Positions 1-8,074 of a stretch of DNA of 64,000 nt are shown piece by piece. Both the position numbers and the translations under genes were made by a program. The first letter of the stretch is position 1; each line of letters starts with the position of its first letter. Below the pieces are notes generated by a model. It worked only from the letters and a program-made list of their open reading frames with translations, ran no database searches and was not told the DNA's origin. This stretch comes from a bacterium (lineage in GTDB: Bacteria; Cyanobacteriota; Sericytochromatia; S15B-MN24; UBA4093): NCBI GenBank assembly GCA_017744355.1, contig JAGIBK010000005.1:260790-324789 (forward strand), written 5' to 3'.

Positions 1-414
1 CCGATCCTGAATCTGGTGCTCGCGGTCGCGTCGCTGACCAATCTTAAGTTGCTCTCAATGTTGGCGAACGGTCAGGTCAATCTCAGGCTTTCAATCTGGG
101 ACTGCGTTGCCCTGGGGGTGCTCTTCATCGGGATGGGCAACTTCATCGCCAAGAGCGGAAGCAACGGCTTCTGGGCTTTCCGGACGCCCTGGACCTCGCG
201 CAGCGAGAAGGTCTACCGCGAGACCCAGCGGTTGGCCGGGTGGCTTCTGGTGGCCTGGGGCCTGCTCTCGATCTTCGGCTCGCCGTGGCTGATGAGGCTC
301 TCGAACGAGCTGCTGGGGGGCCTCTTCGTGGCCTTCCTCGTGTTCGACTGGCTCGTGGCCATGGGCTTCTCGTTCTGGCTTGATCGGCAAGAGCGCGCCC
401 GGTGCGCGTCGTGA
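1..414 (+). CDS. SdpI/YhfL-family membrane protein, 5'-truncated at window edge
   Basis: Reading frame open from base 1. Hydrophobic helices plus FRTPWTSRSEKVYRETQR, which matches the SdpI-family FRTxWTxxSxxxWxxT(H/Q)R motif. Confidence 0.65.
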   Translation, partial: PILNLVLAVASLTNLKLLSMLANGQVNLRLSIWDCVALGVLFIGMGNFIAKSGSNGFWAFRTPWTSRSEKVYRETQRLAGWLLVAWGLLSIFGSPWLMRLSNELLGGLFVAFLVFDWLVAMGFSFWLDRQERARCAS

Positions 415-1655
415 CGAAAGGATCCACCTTGAGATTCCTGACGCTGGCCTGGCGCAACCTGACGCGCAAACGCCGTCAGACCTTCCAGAATGCCTTCGGC
501 CTGGTGGTCGGGCTTGGCCTCTCCTTTTTGATGATCAGCTACATGGAGGGGATGATGCTCGGCATCGTCGAGCAGGTGAGCAAGACTCAGTCCGCCCACC
601 TCAAGATCCAGGCCAAGGGCTATCAGGAAAGCTCGCGGGCCCTGCCCCTCGACCTGTCGGTGGCGCACGACCCGCAGCTTTTGGCCTCGCTGGCCGAGCG
701 TCCCGAGGTCGAGGCCGTCGCGCCACGCCTGCGCTTCGGGGGGATGGTGAAGAGCGGGGCGCGCTCGTTCAGCATCATGGGCAAGGGCATCGTGCCCGAG
801 CAGGAGCAGGCCATGGACCAGCTGCGTCTCAAGGACGTGGTGGGCCGCCTGCCCACCGCCGCCTCCGAGATCCTGCTCGGCCAGAAGCTCGCCGAGGACC
901 TCAAGACGCGGGTGGGTCGTACCGTCACGGTGGTGGTCAACGACGCCGAGGGGCGCCTGCGGATCAAGGACTACCGGGTGGTAGGGACCTTCCGTAGCGG
1001 GGTCGGGAGCCTGGACGGGAGCGTCGCGTGCTTCGAGCTGGCCGACGCGCAGGCCCTGCTCGGGCTGCCGGGGCGCGTCAGCGAGATCGGCGTCATGCTG
1101 CACCACAAGGAGGAAGTCGCCGCCCTCGCCGAGACCCTCAAGGCACAGCTTGCATCCGAGGGCTCCCTGGAGGTGCTCACATGGGAGGAGCTCAACGAGG
1201 AGCTGCTCGCGCCGCTGCGCCGGATGCAGCACCTTCCCAAGGCCGTGGCCGTCTTCACCCTCTTGAGCCTCATCCCTTCCATCATGAACACCCTGGTCAT
1301 GAGCGTGTCCGAGCGCTTCCGCGAGATCGGCGCCCTGCGGGCCATGGGGATGCACGTCCACGAGGTGATCGGCCTCTTCTTGGCCGAGGGCTTCTTCCTC
1401 GGTTTGCTCGGTAGCGGTATGGGGGGCCTGTTGGGCGGTGGGATTACCTACCTGCTCTCGGTGAAGGGGATCCCGAACCCCAGCTTTGGCCTGGGTGGGC
1501 CGATGGGCAACATCGCCACTCTGCACCCGACCTTCAACCCCAGCCTGCTTGCGACCTTCTTCGTCTCGGGCCTCGCGGCCTCCATCGTGGCCTACTACTT
1601 CCCCGCCCGCATGGCGGCGAGGCTCGACCCCATCAAGGCCCTGCGCTCGAACTAG
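402..1655 (+). CDS. ABC transporter permease, FtsX-like (LolC/E-MacB type)
   Basis: N-terminal LAWRNLTRKRRQT motif, large periplasmic loop followed by a C-terminal 3-4 TM bundle. Start uncertain (GTG 402 or TTG 429 after AAAGGA); overlaps the upstream ORF. Confidence 0.85.
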   Translation: MRVVTKGSTLRFLTLAWRNLTRKRRQTFQNAFGLVVGLGLSFLMISYMEGMMLGIVEQVSKTQSAHLKIQAKGYQESSRALPLDLSVAHDPQLLASLAERPEVEAVAPRLRFGGMVKSGARSFSIMGKGIVPEQEQAMDQLRLKDVVGRLPTAASEILLGQKLAEDLKTRVGRTVTVVVNDAEGRLRIKDYRVVGTFRSGVGSLDGSVACFELADAQALLGLPGRVSEIGVMLHHKEEVAALAETLKAQLASEGSLEVLTWEELNEELLAPLRRMQHLPKAVAVFTLLSLIPSIMNTLVMSVSERFREIGALRAMGMHVHEVIGLFLAEGFFLGLLGSGMGGLLGGGITYLLSVKGIPNPSFGLGGPMGNIATLHPTFNPSLLATFFVSGLAASIVAYYFPARMAARLDPIKALRSN

Positions 1656-1678
1656 CCTGAGCTTCCAGGAGGCACCGC

Positions 1679-2368
1679 ATGTCGCACGTCGTCGAACTCG
1701 AACACATCACCAAGACCTATGCCATGGGGACCGGCACCGTCACGGCCCTCGACGACCTCTCGCTCACCATCGATGCGGGCGAGTTCGTCGCGCTGGTCGG
1801 CAGCTCGGGTAGCGGCAAGAGCACGCTCCTGAACCTCATGGGCGGCCTCGACCGCCCTACCTCAGGCACCTTGCGCCTGGCGGGGCGTGACGTGGGCAAG
1901 CTCAAGGAGCAGGAGCTGACGGCCTTTCGTCGGCAGCACCTGGGCTTCGTGTTCCAGAATTTCAACCTGATCCCCATGCTCAGCGCCTGGGAGAATGTCG
2001 CCTTCCCACTCGATCTGCGCGGGGTCCCGAGCGCGCAGGTCAAGCGCCAGGCCCTGGAGATGCTCGATCGGGTGGGGCTTGCGGGGCAGGCGAATCATCG
2101 CCCGGACGAGCTCTCGGGCGGCCAGCAGCAGCGGGTGGCGATCGCCCGGGCCCTGGTGGCCAGGCCGCAGCTGGTGCTCGCCGATGAGCCGACGGCCAAC
2201 CTGGACTCGAAGACCGGTGCTGAGCTCGTCGCCCTCATGCGCCAGCTCAACGAGGCGGAGGGCACCACCTTCGTCTTCGCCACCCACGACCCCGGGGTCG
2301 TCACGCAGGCCAAGCGGGTGATCCGCATCCTGGACGGGCGGCTGGCGCTCGAGCCCGCGCACGCATAG
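1679..2368 (+). CDS. ABC transporter ATP-binding protein (LolD/MacB-like)
   Basis: Walker [10 protein letters not shown], signature [15 protein letters not shown], Walker [17 protein letters not shown]; 23 nt after the permease. Confidence 0.92.
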   Translation: MSHVVELEHITKTYAMGTGTVTALDDLSLTIDAGEFVALVGSSGSGKSTLLNLMGGLDRPTSGTLRLAGRDVGKLKEQELTAFRRQHLGFVFQNFNLIPMLSAWENVAFPLDLRGVPSAQVKRQALEMLDRVGLAGQANHRPDELSGGQQQRVAIARALVARPQLVLADEPTANLDSKTGAELVALMRQLNEAEGTTFVFATHDPGVVTQAKRVIRILDGRLALEPAHA

Positions 2369-2383
2369 CAAGGAGGCGTCGAG

Positions 2384-2638
2384 ATGGGATTCCTGATTGT
2401 GGTGTTCGGGCTGGTGGGGGGCTTCTTCGGAATCACCTGGCTGACGGACAAGCTCGGCTGGACGACGCTCTACCAGAAGCGCGACGCCTCGGGCAGCGGC
2501 ACCATGGGCGCGGCGTTGCTCGGGGTCGAGCACCTCTTCGCCGACGAGCACAAGCGAGCGGCCATCGTCTACCGCAAGGACGAGCAGAAGCAGGTGCGCC
2601 GACAGGAGGCCGGGGAGCCGCCCGACCTTGAAGTTTGA
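2384..2638 (+). CDS. small single-TM membrane protein, hypothetical
   Basis: Strong RBS AAGGAGG 7 nt upstream; N-terminal hydrophobic helix MGFLIVVFGLVGGFFGITWL and a charged C-terminus; no family recognised. Confidence 0.5.
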   Translation: MGFLIVVFGLVGGFFGITWLTDKLGWTTLYQKRDASGSGTMGAALLGVEHLFADEHKRAAIVYRKDEQKQVRRQEAGEPPDLEV

Positions 2639-2725
2639 TTGCGATCTGCGCTGGGAATGAGACAGCGCTTGCGGGTGGCGCCTAGACTGGAGGCTTCCCG
2701 CACGCGAGAGGAGAGTCCCCTTCCC

Positions 2726-3676
2726 ATGTTTCAGGCCCTCACGCGGTTCGTTCCGCTCTTCCAGCTGATCCTGGCGACCGTCTTCTGGGGCGGCGTCTTC
2801 AGCACCGGCAAGCTCCTCGCGCCGCACCTGCCCCCCTTCACCGTCACCTTCGCCCGCTACGGCTTCGCCGCCCTGGTCCTGCTGCCGCTCGCATGGCGCG
2901 AGTTCCGCGCGGTCCGGCGCGAGGACGTGCCCATGCTGATCATGGTCGGCCTCTTCAGCAGCACCCTCTTCAATGCCTGCCTCTTCGTCGGTCTGCGCTT
3001 CGCGCCCGCCGGGGACGCGGTCCTCGCGCCGGCGGCTTCGCCCCTCATCGTCGCGATCATCACGGCCCTCTTCATGGGGGTCCGGCACGGGCGGGCCAAG
3101 CTCGCGGCCCTCGCGCTCTCGGCCTTGGGGGTGGCGCTGCTCTTCTTCGCCTCGGCAGGGGATCAGGGCGGCGGCCGTCTCTTCGGCGATGCGATGATCC
3201 TGCTGACCAGCGCCTTCTGGAGCTGCTACCTGGTCCTGTCGGGGCGCTTCACGGGTCGCTACTCGCCGCGCCTGCTCTCTGCGGTGACGGCGCTCGCGGG
3301 TACGCTTTCGAGCCTGCCCTTCGCGGCCTGGGAGGGCGGCTTCTCCAAGTTCGCGACCTTGCCGCCCTCGGGCTGGGCGGTCGTCGCTTACCTCTCCATG
3401 CTCGGCACGGTGGCAGCCTTCCTGCTCTGGAGCCGGGGTGTGCAGCAGGTGGGGGCCGCGCGGGCCTCGCTGTTCATGAACCTGATCCCCGTCTGGATCC
3501 TGCTCGGGGCGGTGGGCTTCCTCCACGAGCGCTTGCTGCCCCTGCAGTGGGCCGGGATGGCCGCCCTGCTCGCGGGCCTGTTCGGGGCGAACCTCGCCGA
3601 GCGGTACCAGCGCGCGCGCGCGGTGCCGGTCGTCTCGCCCTTGGCGCCTGCTCAGCCCGAGAAGACGCGCGTCTAA
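2726..3676 (+). CDS. EamA/DMT-family transporter
   Basis: Ten hydrophobic helices in two EamA-like halves. Start set at ATG 2726 after RBS GAGAGGAGAG; the longer ORF from 2639 has no RBS. Confidence 0.8.
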   Translation: MFQALTRFVPLFQLILATVFWGGVFSTGKLLAPHLPPFTVTFARYGFAALVLLPLAWREFRAVRREDVPMLIMVGLFSSTLFNACLFVGLRFAPAGDAVLAPAASPLIVAIITALFMGVRHGRAKLAALALSALGVALLFFASAGDQGGGRLFGDAMILLTSAFWSCYLVLSGRFTGRYSPRLLSAVTALAGTLSSLPFAAWEGGFSKFATLPPSGWAVVAYLSMLGTVAAFLLWSRGVQQVGAARASLFMNLIPVWILLGAVGFLHERLLPLQWAGMAALLAGLFGANLAERYQRARAVPVVSPLAPAQPEKTRV

Positions 3677-3684
3677 TCCCCTTT

Positions 3685-3730
3685 CAAGCATCACGCCCCG
3701 GATCGAAAGCGATCCGGGGCGTGATGCTTG
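3685..3730. terminator. perfect 21-bp-arm hairpin, bidirectional terminator-like, between convergent genes
   Basis: CAAGCATCACGCCCCGGATCG aaag CGATCCGGGGCGTGATGCTTG sits between the EamA stop (3676) and the cytochrome c stop (3745); there is no clear U-tract. Confidence 0.55.
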
Positions 3731-3744
3731 AAGCCGGAAAGGGC

Positions 3745-4086
3745 TTACTTGCCGCCTTCCTTGAGGATCCAGTCGACCATGGCGTTGAGGTCACCGGCCG
3801 AGAGGGCGGGGTGGGGGCTCATGGCCATGGCGCCCCAGTTGCCGCCGCCGCCCTTCTTGACCTTGTCGGCAAGCTTGGCGGGGGCCGTCTTGTCGTTCTT
3901 GTACTTCTTGGAGACCGCTTCGAAGCTGGGGCCGAGCTTCTTGGGCTCGGAGAGCTTGAAGCTGTGGCAGGCGAGGCAGTCGCTCTGCTTCATGAGATCG
4001 AGGCCCTTGCCGGCGGCGTGGGCGTTGGGGGCGACGGTCGCCGTGAGGGCGATCGCCGCGGCGAGAATGGCGATGGTACGTGCCAA
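3745..4086 (-). CDS. class I c-type cytochrome (c551/c552-like), secreted
   Basis: Signal peptide, single CLACH heme-binding motif, 113 aa, distal Met region (MAMSPHP). Confidence 0.85.
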   Translation of the reverse strand: MARTIAILAAAIALTATVAPNAHAAGKGLDLMKQSDCLACHSFKLSEPKKLGPSFEAVSKKYKNDKTAPAKLADKVKKGGGGNWGAMAMSPHPALSAGDLNAMVDWILKEGGK

Positions 4087-4179
4087 GGGGAAGCCTCCTT
4101 GTTAGAGGGATGGGGGGCTGGATGAGGATCGTCTGAACAGAGCGTCCCCGCCTCATTATAGAGGGCCAATCAGGCGAGG

Positions 4180-4202
4180 GCATCCGCAGGACCTACGGAT
4201 GC
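4180..4202. terminator. 7-bp stem hairpin immediately downstream of the ldt stop (minus strand); overlaps the putative cytochrome c promoter (TATAAT on the minus strand at 4155-4160)
   Basis: GCATCCG cagga ccta CGGATGC (stem 4180-4186 / 4196-4202); no U-tract. Confidence 0.3.
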
Positions 4203-4206
4203 TCTG

Positions 4207-5166
4207 TTACGACGGCGCGCGTACCGCCTGGACAGGGGCGAGGGGCGGGAAGGGGGCGGGAGCGCCACGCTCGACCCGGATGCTGACCCCCCAGCGCTTG
4301 CGGACGGCCTGGGCGACCCGCGCCGGGTCCACCCGATCGAGCACGCCCGCCTGCGCGAGGCGCTTTTGGGCCAGGGCCTGGAGGTCGGGGAAGCGCGCGT
4401 AGGGGTCCCAGGCGACCTCGAGCCACACCGCGGAGCCGTCCGTCATGACCTTGATCGGCTCGTACGCGAGGCGCACGACGTCCCCCAGCTTCACCGCCTT
4501 GAACACCTCGGCGACGTGCCCCGGCTTCATGCGAATGCAGCCGTGTGTGGCGAACTTCCCGATGCTCGAAGGGGCGATGGTCCCGTGGATCCCGTAGCCC
4601 CACTTGGTGAGCCCCAGCCAATACTTCCCCAGCGGGTTCTCGGCCCCGGGCGGCATCCGGGTCATAGCTTGCTTTCCTTCGGCCTCCCGCTCTTCCTGGA
4701 TGGAGCGCGGGATGTTCCAGGCGGGGTTCGCACGCTTCTCGGCGATCTTGAAGGTGCCCGAGGGGGTTTGCCAGCGCCTGGGCTCCTTCAGCTGACGCTC
4801 GTCATGTGGCTCGCCCAGGGAGACCGGGTAGTGGGCCACCAGGCGATCGCCCTCGAAGCGGTAGAGCCTCAGGTCGGGGATGTTGATGAGCAGCTTGCTG
4901 CCTCGGCTCGAAGGCACGATGTGGCGGTTGCTCAGGTGGAGGCGCTGGCCGGCCTTGAGGCGCTGACCCGGCTTGAGGCCGTTGAGGGCCCGGATGCGCT
5001 GCGGGCTGAGCCCGTGGCGGCGGGCGATGCCGTTCAGGGTCTCCTTGGGCTTCACCTCGTGGATCCACGCTTGCCCCACGAGGACCGGCGCTGCCTGGGC
5101 GCCGGCTTGCCGGGCGCAGAGCAGCGCGAGGCCAACCGAAAACAGGGTCGCGAGGCGTCCTCTCAT
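4207..5166 (-). CDS. L,D-transpeptidase with an N-terminal LysM domain (YkuD family)
   Basis: Signal peptide, LysM (ETLNGIARRHGLSPQRIRALNGL) and the YkuD catalytic motif ATHGCIRM. Confidence 0.9.
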   Translation of the reverse strand: MRGRLATLFSVGLALLCARQAGAQAAPVLVGQAWIHEVKPKETLNGIARRHGLSPQRIRALNGLKPGQRLKAGQRLHLSNRHIVPSSRGSKLLINIPDLRLYRFEGDRLVAHYPVSLGEPHDERQLKEPRRWQTPSGTFKIAEKRANPAWNIPRSIQEEREAEGKQAMTRMPPGAENPLGKYWLGLTKWGYGIHGTIAPSSIGKFATHGCIRMKPGHVAEVFKAVKLGDVVRLAYEPIKVMTDGSAVWLEVAWDPYARFPDLQALAQKRLAQAGVLDRVDPARVAQAVRKRWGVSIRVERGAPAPFPPLAPVQAVRAPS

Positions 5167-5228
5167 AGGGGCATCCTTGTGCGCGAGGTCGGCGACGAGC
5201 CCCCTTATGGTATAACGCCGTCCTCAGG

Positions 5229-6185
5229 CTACCAACGAGCGGCCTTGCCTCGCGTGTCCACGTGGACGAACCAGCCGTGGCTTGTGGTTGGCTTGTAGAG
5301 CGAGAGGCCGCCCGTGAGCCCGGTCGTGCGATCCAGCTTGTCGGCGATCCGGTGGAGGATCTCCGCGTCGCGCCGGGTGATCGCCCCGTCGCGGTCCCAG
5401 TCGTCGGCGAGCACGTCCGCCGCGTCCCCGTAGGTGTGGCGGCTCAGGGTCGTCTTGTTGCCGATGCCCGCGTTGTAGGCGGGTGTCCGGTAGCCGCTCA
5501 TGATGCGCAGGGAGCGCGCCGGGTAGCCCTGCGCGTTGAGGGCGTCCACGATCCGCTCGAGCTTCTCGAGCAGGCGGGGGCTCAGCATCATGTACTTCTC
5601 GGCGCGCGCGCCGTCCTTGACGGCGAACTGGCCGAGCTTGAACGAGCGGCTGACGGGCGCCTGAGCACTCTCGGCGTCGAGCCGGATGAAGCCGCTCGGC
5701 AGCATGGCGAAGGAGCGGGCGCTGCGGCTCGCGAGCGCCGGGTAGCGCCCGACCCGGTACCCGTTGATGGCTCCGTCCTTGGCTTCTTCGGACGGGACGG
5801 TGACGAAGGCGCTCACCACGCGCCGGAGCGTGCGGCCGTCGATCTCCGCCCGCCCTTCGAGCCGGTAGAGTCCGGTCTGGGTGGGGGCCTGCCACACGGC
5901 ACCCGTGTCCTGGTCGCGCACCTTTCCGGCCGGAGCGCTCCAGCGTACCGAGAGTGGGCGCTTGGTGATGGGATCGAACGCCTCCAGGGCCACCACGCCG
6001 CCCGGCAGCACCGGGATCATGGCGATGGGGTCGGCCAGCCCGCGCAGCGAGAAGCCTTGAGCGGTGGCGGCATGGGCCGGCGGGGGGCTCGTCATCAGCA
6101 GGGTCAGGCAGGCGAGGATGGGGCCGAGAAGCTTGGGGCTTTGCAACGCGCTCTCTTTCGTACGGATCGTCCGGGGGATCTTCAT
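5229..6185 (-). CDS. DUF882 / peptidase M15A family (MepK/YcbK-like murein endopeptidase)
   Basis: Signal peptide and C-terminal SGYRTPAYNAGIGNKTTLSRHTYGDAADV..HVD, which matches the M15A zinc-binding core; located directly upstream of the ldt gene. Confidence 0.8.
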   Translation of the reverse strand: MKIPRTIRTKESALQSPKLLGPILACLTLLMTSPPPAHAATAQGFSLRGLADPIAMIPVLPGGVVALEAFDPITKRPLSVRWSAPAGKVRDQDTGAVWQAPTQTGLYRLEGRAEIDGRTLRRVVSAFVTVPSEEAKDGAINGYRVGRYPALASRSARSFAMLPSGFIRLDAESAQAPVSRSFKLGQFAVKDGARAEKYMMLSPRLLEKLERIVDALNAQGYPARSLRIMSGYRTPAYNAGIGNKTTLSRHTYGDAADVLADDWDRDGAITRRDAEILHRIADKLDRTTGLTGGLSLYKPTTSHGWFVHVDTRGKAARW

Positions 6186-6278
6186 GTACGACGCGCGGCG
6201 CCGAAGCTAACGCGCCAAGGGGGCATTTGCCGGGCCTCTGGCGGGGCGAGGGGAGTCCGCTTTTGTGCTGCGCGGAGC

Positions 6279-6307
6279 CTGACATCATGCGGGATGCCGC
6301 CTATAAT
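6279..6307 (+). promoter_or_regulatory. sigma70-like promoter CTGACA-N17-TATAAT
   Basis: CTGACA at 6279-6284 and TATAAT at 6302-6307 with a 17-nt spacer, upstream of the GGDEF gene. Confidence 0.4.
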
Positions 6308-6337
6308 GAACCCCGGAGGAGCGCCGGATTCAGAGTT

Positions 6338-7942
6338 ATGCTTGATCGCCAAGACGCCATCATGGAGCAGATTCGCATCATCAGCGAGCGCTTCGCCCTT
6401 CAGCTGCCCCAGAAGATCGCCGACTTCAGGGCCGCCTACGCGCGCGTGAGCGCAGCACCCCACGATGCGGGCGCCTTGCGCGAGCTGCATGGCCTCGCGC
6501 ACCGGATGACCGGTGCGGCCGCTACCTTCGGCTTCCCGGAGTTGAGTGTCGCCGCGCGCTTGGTCGAGCAGCCCCTTCGAGCGATTCTGGACACGAACGC
6601 CCCCCCTGCACCGGCGGAGCTTGTGAGGCTGGATGGGGTCGTCCAAGCGTTCCTTGCGTGCGCGAGCGGCAATTCGACCCCTTGCGCGCACGAGTTGCCC
6701 GCGCTCGGTGCCTCGCCGCCTCGCATCCTGCTTTGCTTGCCGGGCGCGCCGGAGCTGCAGGCCGAGCTGAGCGTTCAACTCGTGCAGTTCGGCTATCAGG
6801 TGGAGACCGTCGCCCACCGTGAGGCGATCGCCCATACCGAGCGTCCTGCCGCCATCGTGGCCACCCTGCCCGAGGACGCCGAGGCGGCCCGCGAGGTGGG
6901 CAGGCATGCCCAGGTGCCCGTGGTCTACGTTTCGGCCTGCGGGGACTTGCCGTCGCGCCTGCTTGCGACCCGCGCGGGGGGGAAGGCCTTCTTCGTCTTG
7001 CCCCTGGATACCCACGCCCTGATCGACAAGCTCAACGTCCTCACCCACCTGAAGCCCCAGGAGCCCTACCGGGTGCTCCTCGTCGACGACTCCCCGCTCG
7101 AAGCGACCATGCACGCGCTGATGTTCGAGGGCATGGGGATCGAGACCCGGGTGGTGACCGACCCCATGCAGGTGATGGCGCCGCTGGCCGAGTTTCGCCC
7201 CGAGCTCATCCTCATGGACCTGGTCATGCCCGGCTGCACGGGCCTGGATCTCGCGGCGGCCATCCGCCAGCAGGACGCCTACGACAGCATCCCCATCGTC
7301 TTTCTGACGGCGGACGCCAGTGCCGAAAAGCACCTCGCGGCCCTCGAACTCGGCGGGGACGACTACCTGCTCAAGCCGCTGCGTGCCGAGCACGTCTCGG
7401 TGAGCGTGCTCAGCCGCCTGCAACGCGCTCGCTTGCTGCGCACCTACATGACCCGCGACAGCCTGACGGGTCTCTACAACCACACCCACCTCCAGGAGCA
7501 ACTCGAGCTCGCGCTGGCGCGGGCGCGCCGCCACGGCGGCCTGTTCGCCTTCGCCATGGTGGATCTCGATCGCTTCAAGTCGGTCAACGACACCCACGGG
7601 CACCTGGCGGGCGATCGCGTCATCAAGAGCCTCGCGACCCTGCTCAAGCAGCGCCTGCGCAACACGGACCTCATCGGCCGCTACGGCGGCGAGGAGTTCG
7701 CGGTGATCCTCGGCGGGGTCGACGCCGCCGGGGCGGTGCAGGTCCTCGACGAGATCCGCCGGGCCTTCGAGGGCTTGCGCCACCGCACCGCCGACGGGGG
7801 CGAGTTCGCCGTGACCCTGAGCGCCGGCGTCGCCGCCTATCCCGGCCACGGCGAGCTCAGCGAGCTCATCGAGGCGGCCGATCGGGCCCTCTACCGGGCC
7901 AAGGAGCAAGGGCGTAACCGCATCTTATCCACCAGCCCGTAG
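6338..7942 (+). CDS. Hpt-REC-GGDEF diguanylate cyclase / response regulator
   Basis: N-terminal Hpt-like block (LHGLAHRMTGAAATFG), a REC domain (VLLVDDSP..LILMDLVMPG..FLTAD..KP) and a GGDEF domain (RYGGEEF). Start at 6338 is favoured by the promoter position. Confidence 0.85.
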   Translation: MLDRQDAIMEQIRIISERFALQLPQKIADFRAAYARVSAAPHDAGALRELHGLAHRMTGAAATFGFPELSVAARLVEQPLRAILDTNAPPAPAELVRLDGVVQAFLACASGNSTPCAHELPALGASPPRILLCLPGAPELQAELSVQLVQFGYQVETVAHREAIAHTERPAAIVATLPEDAEAAREVGRHAQVPVVYVSACGDLPSRLLATRAGGKAFFVLPLDTHALIDKLNVLTHLKPQEPYRVLLVDDSPLEATMHALMFEGMGIETRVVTDPMQVMAPLAEFRPELILMDLVMPGCTGLDLAAAIRQQDAYDSIPIVFLTADASAEKHLAALELGGDDYLLKPLRAEHVSVSVLSRLQRARLLRTYMTRDSLTGLYNHTHLQEQLELALARARRHGGLFAFAMVDLDRFKSVNDTHGHLAGDRVIKSLATLLKQRLRNTDLIGRYGGEEFAVILGGVDAAGAVQVLDEIRRAFEGLRHRTADGGEFAVTLSAGVAAYPGHGELSELIEAADRALYRAKEQGRNRILSTSP

Positions 7943-8074
7943 TTCTTCGCCTCTTCAGCCCTGCGATGCCTCAGCCACCAGAGCGCGTCGGACCTGGCGG
8001 TTTCTATTGCTTGGTATTCGGGCATAGAAAGATCACTTTCCCCTTCCTGCTGTCTACCAAAGGCTGTGCGGACG

